Shown here one piece after another: positions 1-12,718 of a stretch of 64,000 nt of DNA (its first letter is position 1; each line of letters starts with the position of its first letter). The stretch lies in assembly GCA_963693365.1 (NCBI GenBank), contig CAVNZM010000013.1:8308940-8372939 (forward strand). The letters run 5' to 3'. The notes under the pieces are model-generated. The model ran no database searches, had not been told where the DNA came from, and saw only the letters and a program-made list of their open reading frames with translations. A program made the translations under genes and the position numbers. This stretch comes from Amoebidium appalachense. Its lineage: Eukaryota > Protista > Ichthyosporea.

Positions 1-140
1 CACACCTACACACCCACACACAACACACAAACAAACACACCCACACACAACACACAAACAAACACACACACACACAAGCACACATGCTCACGCACATGCA
101 TTACACACATACACACACACTTGCGGACGCGCATGCGCGC

Positions 141-211
<71 letters not shown>

Positions 212-306
212 ATGCATTTACACACACGCACACACAAACACAAACATGCATACACAGGCGCGCACACACAAACACGCACACACACGCTCGCGCGCGCGCA
301 CGCGGG

Positions 307-390
<84 letters not shown>

Positions 391-630
391 AACACATAGA
401 CAAGCGCACACACACACACAAACACAAGCACACACGCACAAGCACATGCACACATACATACTCACACACTTGCGAGTGGGGGCGCGCACACACACACACA
501 TACACACACACACAGACACACACACACAACACACACACACACACAAACACGCATACACATACTCGAACACACAAGCACAAACATGCATACACAAACGCGC
601 ACACACAAACACAAACACAAACACACACAC
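1..630. repeat. Compound (CA)n/(CG)n microsatellite, representative of dozens across the window
   Basis: Directly visible. It explains the HT/CV-repeat pseudo-ORFs. Confidence 0.95.
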
Positions 631-1147
631 CTCCTCTACTCTTCGTGCCCATCCATTCAGAATCATCACTCCATGTGCTATTGCTACTGTGTTAGTCATA
701 ACCAGGATCCCAAAGACCCCCTGGCACCACAGCCCCCGCCTTCCCCTCCCCCCTCTCCCCCCTTCCCTCCCCCCCCCCCCCCCCGTTCTTCCTTTCCCCC
801 CATTCATTCCATGCTCCCCCCCTCACCCCCTCCCCCCCCCCCCCCCCCCCCCCCACCCGCCCTTTTCCCCTCCAGTCCTCCCTCCCCGGGGCAGCCCACT
901 CTGCATTGTACATCTCCCTGGGATATTACACCAATAAATACCCCCCCAGTTTCTGTTGGGTCACCACCATTCAACTAGATCTGTTCCAAACTAAACTTCT
1001 GCAACAGCCTACGGGCACTGACGACAGACTGACCATTATCCCTGCATGTGAGCCTACTGGTTGGATAATACAGAACAGAGTTGCCTTATTCTCAAGTAAG
1101 CAAAGACCACGCACAAGTAGTCTAACACGTGCTTACCCCATGAACAG

Positions 1148-1938
1148 CAATACGGTGGAGCTATCTCTTCTCTGTCGCAAGCCATCATCGACGACAGCAG
1201 GTTCATAAACAATTCCGCTGACTCTGCCGGTGGGCTCTTTGTGGCAAATGGGGATGTGCATGTTTCGAACAGTGTGTTTGAGAGCAACAGGGGCACGAAC
1301 GGGGATGGTGGTGCCATCAATGCACTTGCAGGGAGCATTTGGATGCGCGAGTCGAAGTTTGTAGGGAACTCTGCGCAGTCAGGGGGGGCCGCGTGTTCAA
1401 AAAGGGACATTTTCGCTAATACGAGCATTTTTCTGAGTAATTCTGCCTCCGAATATGTCAGCAGCGAAGACTTAATGATGGGGATGGCTCAAAATTACGG
1501 GGGGGCTCTATTTGCATTTGGAAATATCACGGCCTACAACTGTGCAATAGAAAACAACAGTGCCATTGTAGATGGCGGTGCAATTTACACGGTGGCAATG
1601 GGGGTCCTTGCAAATTGCACGGCACGGAATAACTCGGCAGTGGGTTATGGGGGGGTTGTACGGGCAGGGGCGACAGTTTTCATAGTAGATGGGGGTCCGT
1701 ACGAAAATAATACGGCAGGTCTGGGTGGGGGGGTGGCCAGTCTCTACCAGGGCAATGCAACCATTGGGGCTGGCTATGCATCAGACACCGTGTTTATTTC
1801 AAACAGGTAAGTCGTCTTTGCTGTGCATGCCAGAGAGTAATGGGGGTGCAAGTTGGAGTGAGAGAGCGATGGGACGGAGGTGTAGAGAATACGGAGGGGT
1901 GAGGATGGGAGGGGGAGTGGGCGTGTGTGTGTGTGTTT

Positions 1939-1969
<31 letters not shown>

Positions 1970-2110
1970 GGGGGGGCGTATCTGTCATTGTTCTACTAGC
2001 TGTTCGTTGGTTGGAGGGTGAGGGGGAGGAGGGGAAGGAGGGGTCTCTTGATGTGGTGCTGTGTCTCTGCATGTGTACGCACGGTGAGTGAATGTAAGTG
2101 CACTTGCTTG

Positions 2111-2143
<33 letters not shown>

Positions 2144-3163
2144 TTACATGTGTGCCTGCCTGCTTGCATATCTACGTGCTTGCTGTGCCATCATTGTATG
2201 CCTGTAAGCTGGGTGTCTAAAGTCTGTTTGGACGCACCTACATTTGCCCATGTGCGTGTGAGTCCGTATGAAAGCCACAAGCATGCATCAGCAATGCCTT
2301 AAGTACCCTTGCTAATGGTGAAATTTCATCCTGGGGGTCCAATAGTGCAGCTCAGGGCGGAAGCTTTTTTGTGGGCCCAATGAATGCCAAGAACGTCACA
2401 TTCGATGGGAACAGTGCATATTCGGTAAGCCCCTCCTCTCCACCACCAACCCTTATCACCACCCAACCCTCCCTCGCCCCCCTACCCCCCTCCCCAAAAT
2501 AGCCACCAACTCGACAAATAACAAAGCGAAGAAGGGGCAAAGAGAGGTGATACCATGTAACCACTACAGAGGTGAGCCATGTGAACACCTCTGATACCGC
2601 ATAATTTTCTTGCCATGCCCCCGTCTGTTCTGTTCCCTAGCTCTCGCATTGATTTGAAACAAACCAATTGAACTGTGTTGCACACGTGCATCTGAGAGGG
2701 GACCTAACACGGGCACAGGGGGGCGCCATATACGGAACCAAGAGTGTGGTCCTAATTGACGTGACCCTCACCAATAACACCTCTACCGATGTATATGCCG
2801 GGGGTGGTGCCGTATACGCTGAAAGGTGGCTGAATGCGACAAATGTCAATGCTACGTACAACTGGGGGTTTTTAGGGGGAGTTTATCACGTCAATGGGGA
2901 CATCACAGACATAGGTGGTTACTATGCCAACAACACGTGCAAGGGGAAAGCACCAACGTCGAACTTTGGGGGGGTCATGTATGGAAAATCAGACGTGTAT
3001 CTGGACGGTACGGTGCTGCTTGAAAATGCTGTGTTGCTGGCCAGCATGAGCCTTGGCCATGCAATTTACGCAGGTAGGACCCCCCTCCCCCCCTCTACCA
3101 TCCATCCCATCTTGCCCATGCCCGCTATTGATTTATTGAACACCGCATCCTAAAAGTCTGCCC

Positions 3164-3194
<31 letters not shown>

Positions 3195-6100
3195 ATATAG
3201 ACACACACTTCCCCCTCGTTTTGAAGAGTTAAGGCACATCTACATAGAGACAAACTGGCCACAATAGTTGGGAGGCAGGGTTGGGTGGTGGTGGTGGTTT
3301 TTTGGGGGGAGTAGGAGGAGGGGGAGGGGAAGAGAGGAGTGGGGGGGAGGGGGAGGGGGCGTGAGAGGGGGAGGGGGCTACATGCCTGCTTAGGAAAGGC
3401 ACATAACCCGGGACTGGGTGATGCTTCCCCCCCCCCCCCCCCCCTTTCTCCTCACCACCACCTACCCACCGACCCACTTCTGGGCTCCCCTCCCTCCATC
3501 CCCCCCCCCCCCCCCTCCCCCCGACCCTCTGCTCCCCTTTCTCCCCCCCCCCCCCCCCCCCCCCCCCCCGAGAGATGCACATAACACATACCGTTTTGTT
3601 TTCCTGCAGCACCACATCTCTCAGTAACAGAGCAATCAACTAACCAACTAAGTGCCAACCATTTATTTACTACAGTGGGCAACATCAAAGCAAGCAACAT
3701 CAGTGTGCTCTCCAACGGCATGGGGTCACCCCTGTACGCAAACAGCACGGTAGGGGCAGCAACCATATGCGGCCAAAATGTGAGTGTGGAGGCCAGTGTG
3801 GTGAGGGACAATGTGGATGGCTTCAATGTGATCGAGTCAGCCAACATCAACATCACAAACAGTGTGGTGGAAGACAATGAAGGGTGGTATGGCGCTATAG
3901 GCGCCACAGGCACGGCAACGGTGACAAATTGCACTTTCCGAGGGGTAAATGCTTTAAACCGTACATACACATGCATGCACGTGCTTACACATGTGTAGGT
4001 GCACCTGCAGATGCAGACACACACAGAGAGAGACACACACAGACACACGCACACACATTCCCTCACTCACCCACTCACCCACTCATACACTCACTCACTC
4101 ACACACTCAAACACGAAAACACACACACACACACGAAAACACTTACTCGCAGGCTCGCTCAAAAACACACGAACACACACACACGAAAGAGAGAGCAACC
4201 AACTCAAAGTTTATCTCAATTGTCTTCCTGATCACCAAACGCCAAAAACCAACATGAGTCTCACCCTCTCTATGAAACACACAATAACAATATGGAAACG
4301 TGTCTCTCCGTCTCTATTCTTCAAATAATTACGAGTTAACACACAAACAATTCTCACCCTTTTTGCCTATCAAACACACAGAATCAAGGTGGACCCGGCG
4401 GTGCTCTGTATGTGCGTGGTGCTGCAACCGTTGCGAACAGTGTGTTTGAAGACAACTCGGCTAACGAAGGCGGGGGTGCTATCTATGGCCTAAACTACAC
4501 TACAATGGTGCAAAGCATCTTCAGAAGGGTAAGAGTTGGGTGAAAGGAGAGGGAAGAGAGAGAAAGGGGATTGCTATTGGTCGAGTTGTGACGTCTAAGG
4601 GGTGCATGGGATGGTTTCTTTTTTCTTTTCTTTTTCTTTTTCTTTTTTTTGTTCGGGGGGAGGGGCGGGGGGGGGGGGGGGGGGGGGGGGGGGGTTCCAA
4701 TTCTACTTAATTACTATCACGGCCTTGCACAGAACACAGCACCCGAGGGTGGAGCCGTGACCAGCAGCAAGGGGATGACCGTTACTGGCTGCACCTTTGA
4801 CTCCAACCATGCAACTGAAAATGGAGGGGCACTGTACAGCAAAAGCGGTGTGTGGCGTTCCACGTTGCATGTCCATGTGCTTGTGATGTTTGAACATTTA
4901 GGAGCCCAGCCCCCCTTTCCCACCCACCCACACACACACCACCCCTCCCCACCACCACCACCATGTACTGGAGAGACAGCTCAGTGTGTTATTTGTGAAC
5001 CACTACAAATGTGCCCAACAATTCCATGTTCATCACATACAGATACGTGCATACGCTCAGAATCTTTCAAAAAGAGAAGAGATGATATGTATGTATCATT
5101 GCAAATACACACACTGTACCCCCGAGCATGCACACACATGTGCACTGGAGCATGGCTCACACACCGTACAACACTCCAAAGCCCCGTACGAACACATGCA
5201 GACACAGGCTGACCCCGTGTGCACACACATTTACCATGACCAACACCACGTTCGACAACACCATTTTACCTGTATCCTGTATTAATACCAGATTACGTGG
5301 CATACTTGTACACTCCAAATCACGTGCACACATCAAAACCACGTGCAGACACACTACATCACATGCAGACACACACTAACCTCGCCTCCATTTTACAGGA
5401 CCCATCCGCAACAGCAGCACGACATTCACCAACAACACTGCAGGGGGGGATGGGGCCAACTTCTATGCCCTCGACGGCAGCCAGGCAGACCCCCCTGTGG
5501 TGGCGCCATCAGAGGGCTCAGACAACACCGTCACCATATTGGCCGTGGTCTTCTCTCTGGTTACGGTGGCGGTGGCGGCAGCTATTGTGGTAGGCCACAC
5601 CCTGCATGCCTTATAATGCCTTGTATAGGCCACACCCTGCATGCCTTATAATGCCTTGTATAGGCCACACCCTGCATGCCTTATAATGCCTTGTATAGGC
5701 CACACCCTGCATGCCTTATAATGCCTTGTATAGGCCACACCCTGCATGCCTTATAATGCCTTGTATAGGCCACACCCTGCATGCATTATAATGCCTTGTA
5801 TAGGCCACACCCTGCATGCCTTATAATGCCCTGTATAGGCCACACCTGCATGCCTTATAATGCCTTGTATAGACCACACCCTGCATGCATTGTATAGGCC
5901 ACACCCTGCATGCCTTATTGCCTTGTATAGGCCACACCCTGCATGCCTCATAATGCCTTGTATAGGCCACACCCTGCATGCCTTATAATGCCTTGTATAG
6001 GCCACACCCTGCATGCCTTATAATGCCTTGTATAGGCCACACCCTGCATGCCTCATATTGCCTTGTATAGGCCACACCCTGCATGCATTGTATAGGCCAC

Positions 6101-7099
6101 ACCCTGCATGCCTGATTGCCTTGTAAAGGCCACACCCTGCATGCCTTATATTGCCATGTATAGGCCACACCCTGCATGCCTTATATTGCCTTGTATAGGC
6201 CACACCCTGCATGCCTTATATTGCCATGTATAGGCCACACCCTGCATGCCTCATATTTCCATGTATAGGCCACACCCTGCATGCCTTATATTGCCTTGTA
6301 TAGGCCACACCCTGCATGCCTTGTATAGGCCATATCCTGTTTGCCTCCTACATGATCTTCTTCCTTTTCCTGCACTTCTGTTTCCCGGGGTGGTGCTGAT
6401 AGGCATTCACCCCCAGGGCACGGTGTACCGGCTGCGGCGGGAGACGGCCAGTGTGGACTACGATGCGCTTGTGGCGCGGATCCGGGCGCAGCACCAGTGG
6501 ACCGACGCCGGCAGCAGTGAGGCGGCGGCGCTGATTGGGCGGCTGCAGGGGCAGGCCGGGCCGGTGGCGCGGGGGCACTTCACGCTGCTGGAGACGCTGG
6601 GCGCCGGCCAGTTCGGCACAGTCAGCCGCGGCGTGGTCTTTGTCCAGGGCCGCGCCGTCGTCTGCGCCGTCAAGACCGCAATGCAGGTATGCGCCAAGGG
6701 GCCCACAGGGGGAGAGATCTGGTTTAGGGCATGCGGTGGGCAGAGATTGTTTTGGGGGGAGAATGCTTGTGAAGTCTTTCACATTTCAGGCAAGAAATAG
6801 ATCGAGCTGGAAAGGCAGGAAGCCAAGTGTGCGCTGCTGAGTTACTGTGCACGTGTACACTGCACACAGAGTCCCCGGGTATAACGGCAGGTGTGTGACA
6901 CATGTGTATGCATCCCTCGGTATCTCCTGGTCCACTGCGGATCTGCACTAGTGGGAAAGACAGGTGCACATGTATGAACACAGACATAAAGCACCTGTGC
7001 ATGCCGTAGACATTACTTCTAATGACCAAACACACGCGTGCCACACACACATGCACAACAAACACACACGCATACACACACGCACGCACGCACGCACGC

Positions 7100-7152
<53 letters not shown>

Positions 7153-7180
7153 GGCGCACACACGCAAGCACGCGCGCGCG

Positions 7181-7254
<74 letters not shown>

Positions 7255-8369
7255 CGGACCCCAAGGCACGTGCAGATTTTCTCCGTGAGGCGGAGATGAT
7301 GAAAAAAGTCAACCACGACAATGTGGTGCGGATTATTGGTGTGTGCGACCCATTGGCAGAAAGCGAAAATGATTCAGGTACGATCATGATGTGAATAGTA
7401 CTTAGTGTTGGGTCGGTTGTCACTTGAATCTGGGTTCACTCTCAGTGGGCCATCGACTAGGGGCCCCATGTGGAGCTGGCTGTAAGATGTGTGGTGCTGG
7501 TGTAAGATGTGTGGTACAGGTGTAAGATGTGTGGTGTTGGTGTAAGATGTTCGGTACCGGGTGAAGCAAGGGTGCATGGCAGTGGTGGGTGGTTGGCTAA
7601 CCAAGGCACCAACCAATAATTGGGATTGACCATGCATGTGCAGGATATGAGATGGAGAGACGCAGTGTAAGGGCATGTTGTGTCATCCCACTAACGAAAT
7701 GTATTGCCGCAGATGGCAGTGAGGATAATTCCAAGAAACCCAACAAGGCCCACAAGTCGCTTGTGCGCCGGGCAACACGGCCTGGATCGACCGGTGGTGG
7801 GGGGGTTGATAGTGCGCTGTATCTGCTGATGGAGTACATGGACAGGGGGGACCTCAAAAACTATCTGATCAAAAACCCTTTGCTGCCTGCCCCACAGCGC
7901 CTGTGGCTGGCAAAGGAGATTGCTACCGCACTGGAATATGTTGGTGAGTGGGTTGGGATGTTTTCTGTTCAAACCATAGCTACTAGTTGTTTGCTCTGAA
8001 ACACAAATGTCGTAGAAATAAGATGGCAGGTCCCACTAGAAGACCGATGTGAAGCCACCCACTGCCCAAGCACATTGCCATGCCCAGCAAAAGTTGTGTC
8101 ATTATCATGCAGTTCGTGAGGTTTGTGGCACCCGCCCTTAATCTTGAATCTGTGGCCAGGAACGGCTAAATAACATTCATATATACATGCATACACCCCC
8201 CCCCCCCACACACACACACGCACACACACACACGCACGCGCGCACACACACACACACGCACACACACACACACGCACACACAGGCACACACACTCACAAA
8301 CAAGCACACACACACGCGTGCGCGCGCACACACACACACACACACACACGCACACACACACGCACACGC

Positions 8370-8417
<48 letters not shown>

Positions 8418-9025
8418 ACGACACACACTCACGCCCCAGCGTCGCTGGGCATTGTGCACCGGGACGTGGCGGCGCGCAACGTGCTGCTGGGGACTTTGGC
8501 GGGGGGGCGGCTGTGTGCCAAGCTGTCGGACCTGGGGCTGGCGCGGGTGGTGGGCGGGGAGCAGCAGCAGTACGTCAAGACGGCCGGCGGGGACCTGCTG
8601 CCCGTGCGCTGGATGGCCCCCGAGGCCATCTTCGACAGCACATACACAGAGGCCTCCGATGTCTGGGCGTGCGTGCCCCCACACACCCGCACACATGCTT
8701 ATGTTCACTAGCATCATTTCCTCATATCTACCCCCCTCCCCACCCCCCCCCCCCCCCCCCCCCCCCCCCCCTTTCCCTTCAATGGATAATGCATGTGTGC
8801 ACGTCCAGTCCATCTGGCTCTTGTGTATCCTCCCTCCCTGTTTCTTCGCATGCGCACGCCATGATGCATATCATGGGGCTGTGTGCCATCCACCCATGTT
8901 TTGTGCCGTTTGAATGCCCCACTGACTGTGTGCACCCAGGTATGCCGTGACGGTGTGGGAGATAGAGTCCAAGGGGGAGCTGCCCTATGCCTTCCTGGGT
9001 ACCACCCTGCAGGTCCGTTGCTGCC

Positions 9026-9060
<35 letters not shown>

Positions 9061-9666
9061 TGCCCCGGACGTTTCCCCCGAGGCACTCAGCAATCGTACA
9101 CAATCACGTGCACACACCTAACACGCTCCTTTGCAACTTGTGTATGTGCACATCCTATCGTGTGCCTAAAGGCAGAGATATCGTGTTGTATAGGTATGGC
9201 TCACATACACGAGAAACACAGTACACACATGCACACCTACGATATACATGATAATACACATCAGAGCCGCCCTTTCCTGCTCCTACCCCCCTCCCCCCCC
9301 CCCCCCCCCCCCCGGCCGCCCCCCACCCCCACCCTCCTCCTCTCCCCCTCTCTCCTCTAGAAAAGAAGAAGCAGAAGATGAAGAAGAAGAAAGAGATGGG
9401 GAAAAGCATCAAAAGCTGAGCCACCCAGATCTTACCAGCACAAACACACGGACACAGACTAACAAGCAGGACCCCCTTCCCCCCCCCCCCCCTCCCCTCT
9501 CACCCCATTCCGCTCCCTCCCCCCTCCCTCCCCCCTCCCCCCACCACCACCATGACTAAAAAAAAAACAAAGGAAAAGAAAGAGAAGGCATAGACACAAT
9601 GCACACACACTCGCACGTAGGCGGATGCACGTATATGCTCTTGCAAACACACCAATACACTTTCTC

Positions 9667-9705
<39 letters not shown>

Positions 9706-9928
9706 CCCCTCCCTGCAACAGGCATGCAGACTCACTCCGAGATGCATACACACTCGTATACACTGACAAACACATGCCTTTGCATGCACCCGCCCCTCCC
9801 CCCCCCCCCCCCCCCCCCCCCCCCCACACACACATGCGCGCGCGCGCGCGCGCACGCACACACACACACACACACACACTCATGCACACGCGCGCGCGCA
9901 AGCGCGCACACGCACATGCACACGCACA

Positions 9929-10005
<77 letters not shown>

Positions 10006-10609
10006 AATGCAAGGCATTCAACACGGTGTCCGTCTTCAAAAACCCCCCAACTGCCCGGACGGGCTCTACTCACTACTCATGAAATGTTGGGACAAGGACC
10101 CACAACAAAGACCCCGCTTTTGGCAAATTCGCGTATTCCTCGAAGAATACGAAGCCAAGAACGACTTATTATGCGAGGAACTTGTTGAAAATGACGGGCA
10201 GGGGGGGTCCCAACATACGAGTGTTGCGGGGCTGTCTCCCTGCACCTCCACCGACCCTCTCAATGTCAAGCCGTCCAAGTCCGACCAACACCTCCCAACT
10301 ATTCTCTCAGTGGCAGACATAGGTGGTGAGGACTATGCTACACTGCAAAAGCCGGAAATTCAAACATTCAATAGCAGGGTTGGTACAAATATGCAAGCGG
10401 GTGTTGTGAATGAAAGTGGGGGCAACAAGAGCATAAATTCGAACTCGATGGCGTTTGATCCAGATGATTATGCTGTGCTTGGTGGGCCCGTTGGTGCACA
10501 CAGTGGAATCGGGGGTTCGAAATTATCAGCTGTGGTGGTGGAAGAAGAGCCGACCGATTATGAACCTCTAGAATCATTCAAGAGGCCACCAAGCAGTGAT
10601 CAGGGTTAG
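1148..10609 (+). CDS. Receptor tyrosine kinase with Pmp-like (GGAI/FxxN) beta-helix repeat ectodomain, single TM helix, TK domain and Tyr-containing tail; multi-exon, 5' end not resolved
   Basis: Phase-consistent GT-AG exons: 1148-1806, 2346-2424, 2719-3073, 3676-3944, 4382-4528, 4733-4847, 5399-5589, 6417-6686, 7254-7377, 7713-7943, 8440-8668, 8940-9012, 10004-10609. The ectodomain repeats QYGGAI, DGGAI, YGGAL, GGAVY, FESN, FVGN, FEDN. TM segment is [18 protein letters not shown]|GTVYRLRR. Kinase motifs are [49 protein letters not shown] and [10 protein letters not shown]. No signal-peptide exon could be joined in phase upstream of 1148. Confidence 0.93.
5590..6332. repeat. 35-bp minisatellite (~21 copies) filling the RTK intron after the TM exon
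   Basis: Unit TAGGCCACACCCTGCATGCCTTATAATGCCTTGTA. The array begins at the splice donor GTAGGC (5590). Confidence 0.95.
7474..7562. repeat. 20-bp tandem repeat, ~4.5 copies, intronic
   Basis: Unit approximately GGTGTAAGATGTGTGGTGCT. Confidence 0.85.
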
Positions 10610-11107
10610 AATAATGGCTAATGCCCTTTTATCTCGGTGTTGCGGTGGTTTGAAAATAGTAACTGGGCCTATTAATAATCCTGATAAGTACTGTAGGTAT
10701 TCAGTGATCTCCGAGTATTGTTGATCTCTCGATTTTTCGGTGGATGGTTCGGTTTTGTTTTCCGTTACCTAGAACGTATCTGTGCTGTTGCTTTGTGTAT
10801 AGACGGGGTGTGTAAGATAGCTGCAATGTTTACGAATGCCAAAAAACTCAGATTACAATCATTAGAAACCTCAAACAGGGGGATGGAATCATGGACTAGA
10901 ATTCGAACATATGTATGTTCTTGAGAATATATGTGAATGATGTAAATCCGTGTTTTACGAAGTAGCGAAATTGCTATAACTACCACGTGCACGGCAGCGG
11001 GGAGTAAAGCCACTCACTTGACACGCCGAGCAAAGAATTCGTGATCACATTAGCACTGGTGGTGTATTTTGTAGTGTATTCACCTGTATTTTCGTATACT
11101 TATGTGT

Positions 11108-11396
11108 GTGTCTGTGTGTGTAGGTGTACAAGAGCAGACCGTGTAAAACCAGCTATGCTATAAGGTGCTCAGCCAACAGTAGTTACACCAAAGAGGGGTG
11201 AGGCCTCGGGAGGCCGTCACCACACCGTCCCTATCTACTGTGTGGTCTAGAATGGATCTAGTGGACTAGCGCTAAAGTCCCTGCCCCAGGCGTCCTTATA
11301 GCTAAGCGTGCTGGTGTTGCTGGTGTATGGCGTGTGTGCTAACCCCCTAAGCACAGACGAGAAACTTTACGGGAACTGCTGTACACTGCAAAGACG
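11108..11396 (+). ncRNA. Candidate structured non-coding RNA or cis-element of unknown family
   Basis: About nine mutually compatible nested helices were found by eye (listed in findings). G-U pairs favour the + strand. I recognised no known ncRNA consensus. Confidence 0.45.
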
Positions 11397-11435
11397 TTGT
11401 GTGTGTGTGGTGTGGTGAGTTCGGGCTACAGTTTT

Positions 11436-11552
11436 CCAATAGCTTGCTATCAGGACAAGATACACCTATTCCTATTGGTCGAAAGTTAAATGTGGATATA
11501 TAGGTGTATTTCTGATATCTCATTGGTGAACAACACTATGCATTCATCCAAT
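11436..11552. promoter_or_regulatory. Cluster of four CCAAT boxes between convergent gene 3' ends
   Basis: CCAAT 11436, ATTGG 11474, ATTGG 11522, CCAAT 11548, with ATATATA near 11495. Confidence 0.4.
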
Positions 11553-12495
11553 CCGATAATAGCAATTGTTGAACCGTGTTCATCTATGGTACGTGGGTTC
11601 ATTTTGTTTTAGGAGCTATCTAATAACGTAAACATAAACAAATAATACCAGAAACCGAACTAGTTTAGAGATGAATCAACATTTTACATGCAACTAAAAT
11701 TCAAAATATATCTACAAGTTAGAATTTTGATATACGTACATATCCTTTCCCACAGATCTACGGTCTAGAGATTGATCTATTTCCGATATACGGGTGTCTG
11801 CGTGTATACGTGTCCTTACAGGGTGTAGGTGTTTGTGTGTGCATGGTGTGTGTATGTTGTATGTGATTGTGGGTGTGTTTGTATACGTGTTTGTGTGTGT
11901 TTTATGCAGCTGTGGTCACCCCGGGTTGTTGGGTTGGGTGGGGGGAGGGGGGAGGGGGGGGGGGGGGGGGGAGGGGGGGGGAAGGGGGAAAGGGGAGAAG
12001 AGGAGAGAAAGAGGGATGGAGGAGGAGAGGGGGGGAAGGACGGGGAATGGAGGGGAAGGGGGTTGTTTTGATTTTGTATCGATGTCGAAGCGGGTGGCCT
12101 GTTTACAATAAAATAGGCGTGTTTGGTACGCCATAATCGTATCATTACCTCTAAATACGCATACCACAAAATAAAGTTATGAACACGATTATTCGTCTTT
12201 TCGCAAAAATGACACGAATACGATTATTTTCGGCTGCCAAACACGCCCTTACAGTCGTGACTACAGTGAATTTGTACAAACAACAATTTAGTATCATTCA
12301 TCAGCAAAGATGGTCCTTGCCTACACGGATCATGATCCCCCCTTCCCTCCCCCTTCCACACCCTTTCTCTCTCTTTCGTTCCTCATTCCTTCTTCCCCCC
12401 CCCCCCAACCACCCTCCCACCGTCACCACACATCCATTCGTTTCCTTCTTGCAATTGGCACCCCTGGCGTGACATGGGGAGGGGGAAGGTGTGTG

Positions 12496-12542
<47 letters not shown>

Positions 12543-12685
12543 TGTGTGTTGTGTGTGTGCGTGTGTGTGTGCGTGCGTGCGTGCGTGCGTGCGTGCGCGT
12601 GCCTGCCTGCATGCCTGCGTGTGTGTGTGTGTGTGCACGCGCGTGTGTGTCACAGTGTGTGTGTGTGTGTGTGTGTTGTGTGTGT

Positions 12686-12718
<33 letters not shown>

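Noticed and set aside
1-937. Long His-Thr, Cys-Val, poly-Pro and poly-Gly ORFs here and throughout the window
   Set aside because: They are translations of (CA)n/(TG)n and C/G homopolymers, which contain no stop codons.
906-1147. Possible upstream RTK exon needing a non-canonical junction (donor 1096, acceptor 1147)
   Set aside because: The long frame is out of phase with the next exon. A micro-exon or an assembly error explains it equally well, so no claim is made.
5590-6332. CRISPR-like 35-bp repeats
   Set aside because: There are no unique spacers or cas genes. It is a contiguous tandem array in a eukaryotic intron.
11070-11430. Solo LTR (TGTAG...CTACA termini)
   Set aside because: No matching target-site duplication, PBS or PPT was found for any candidate pair of ends.
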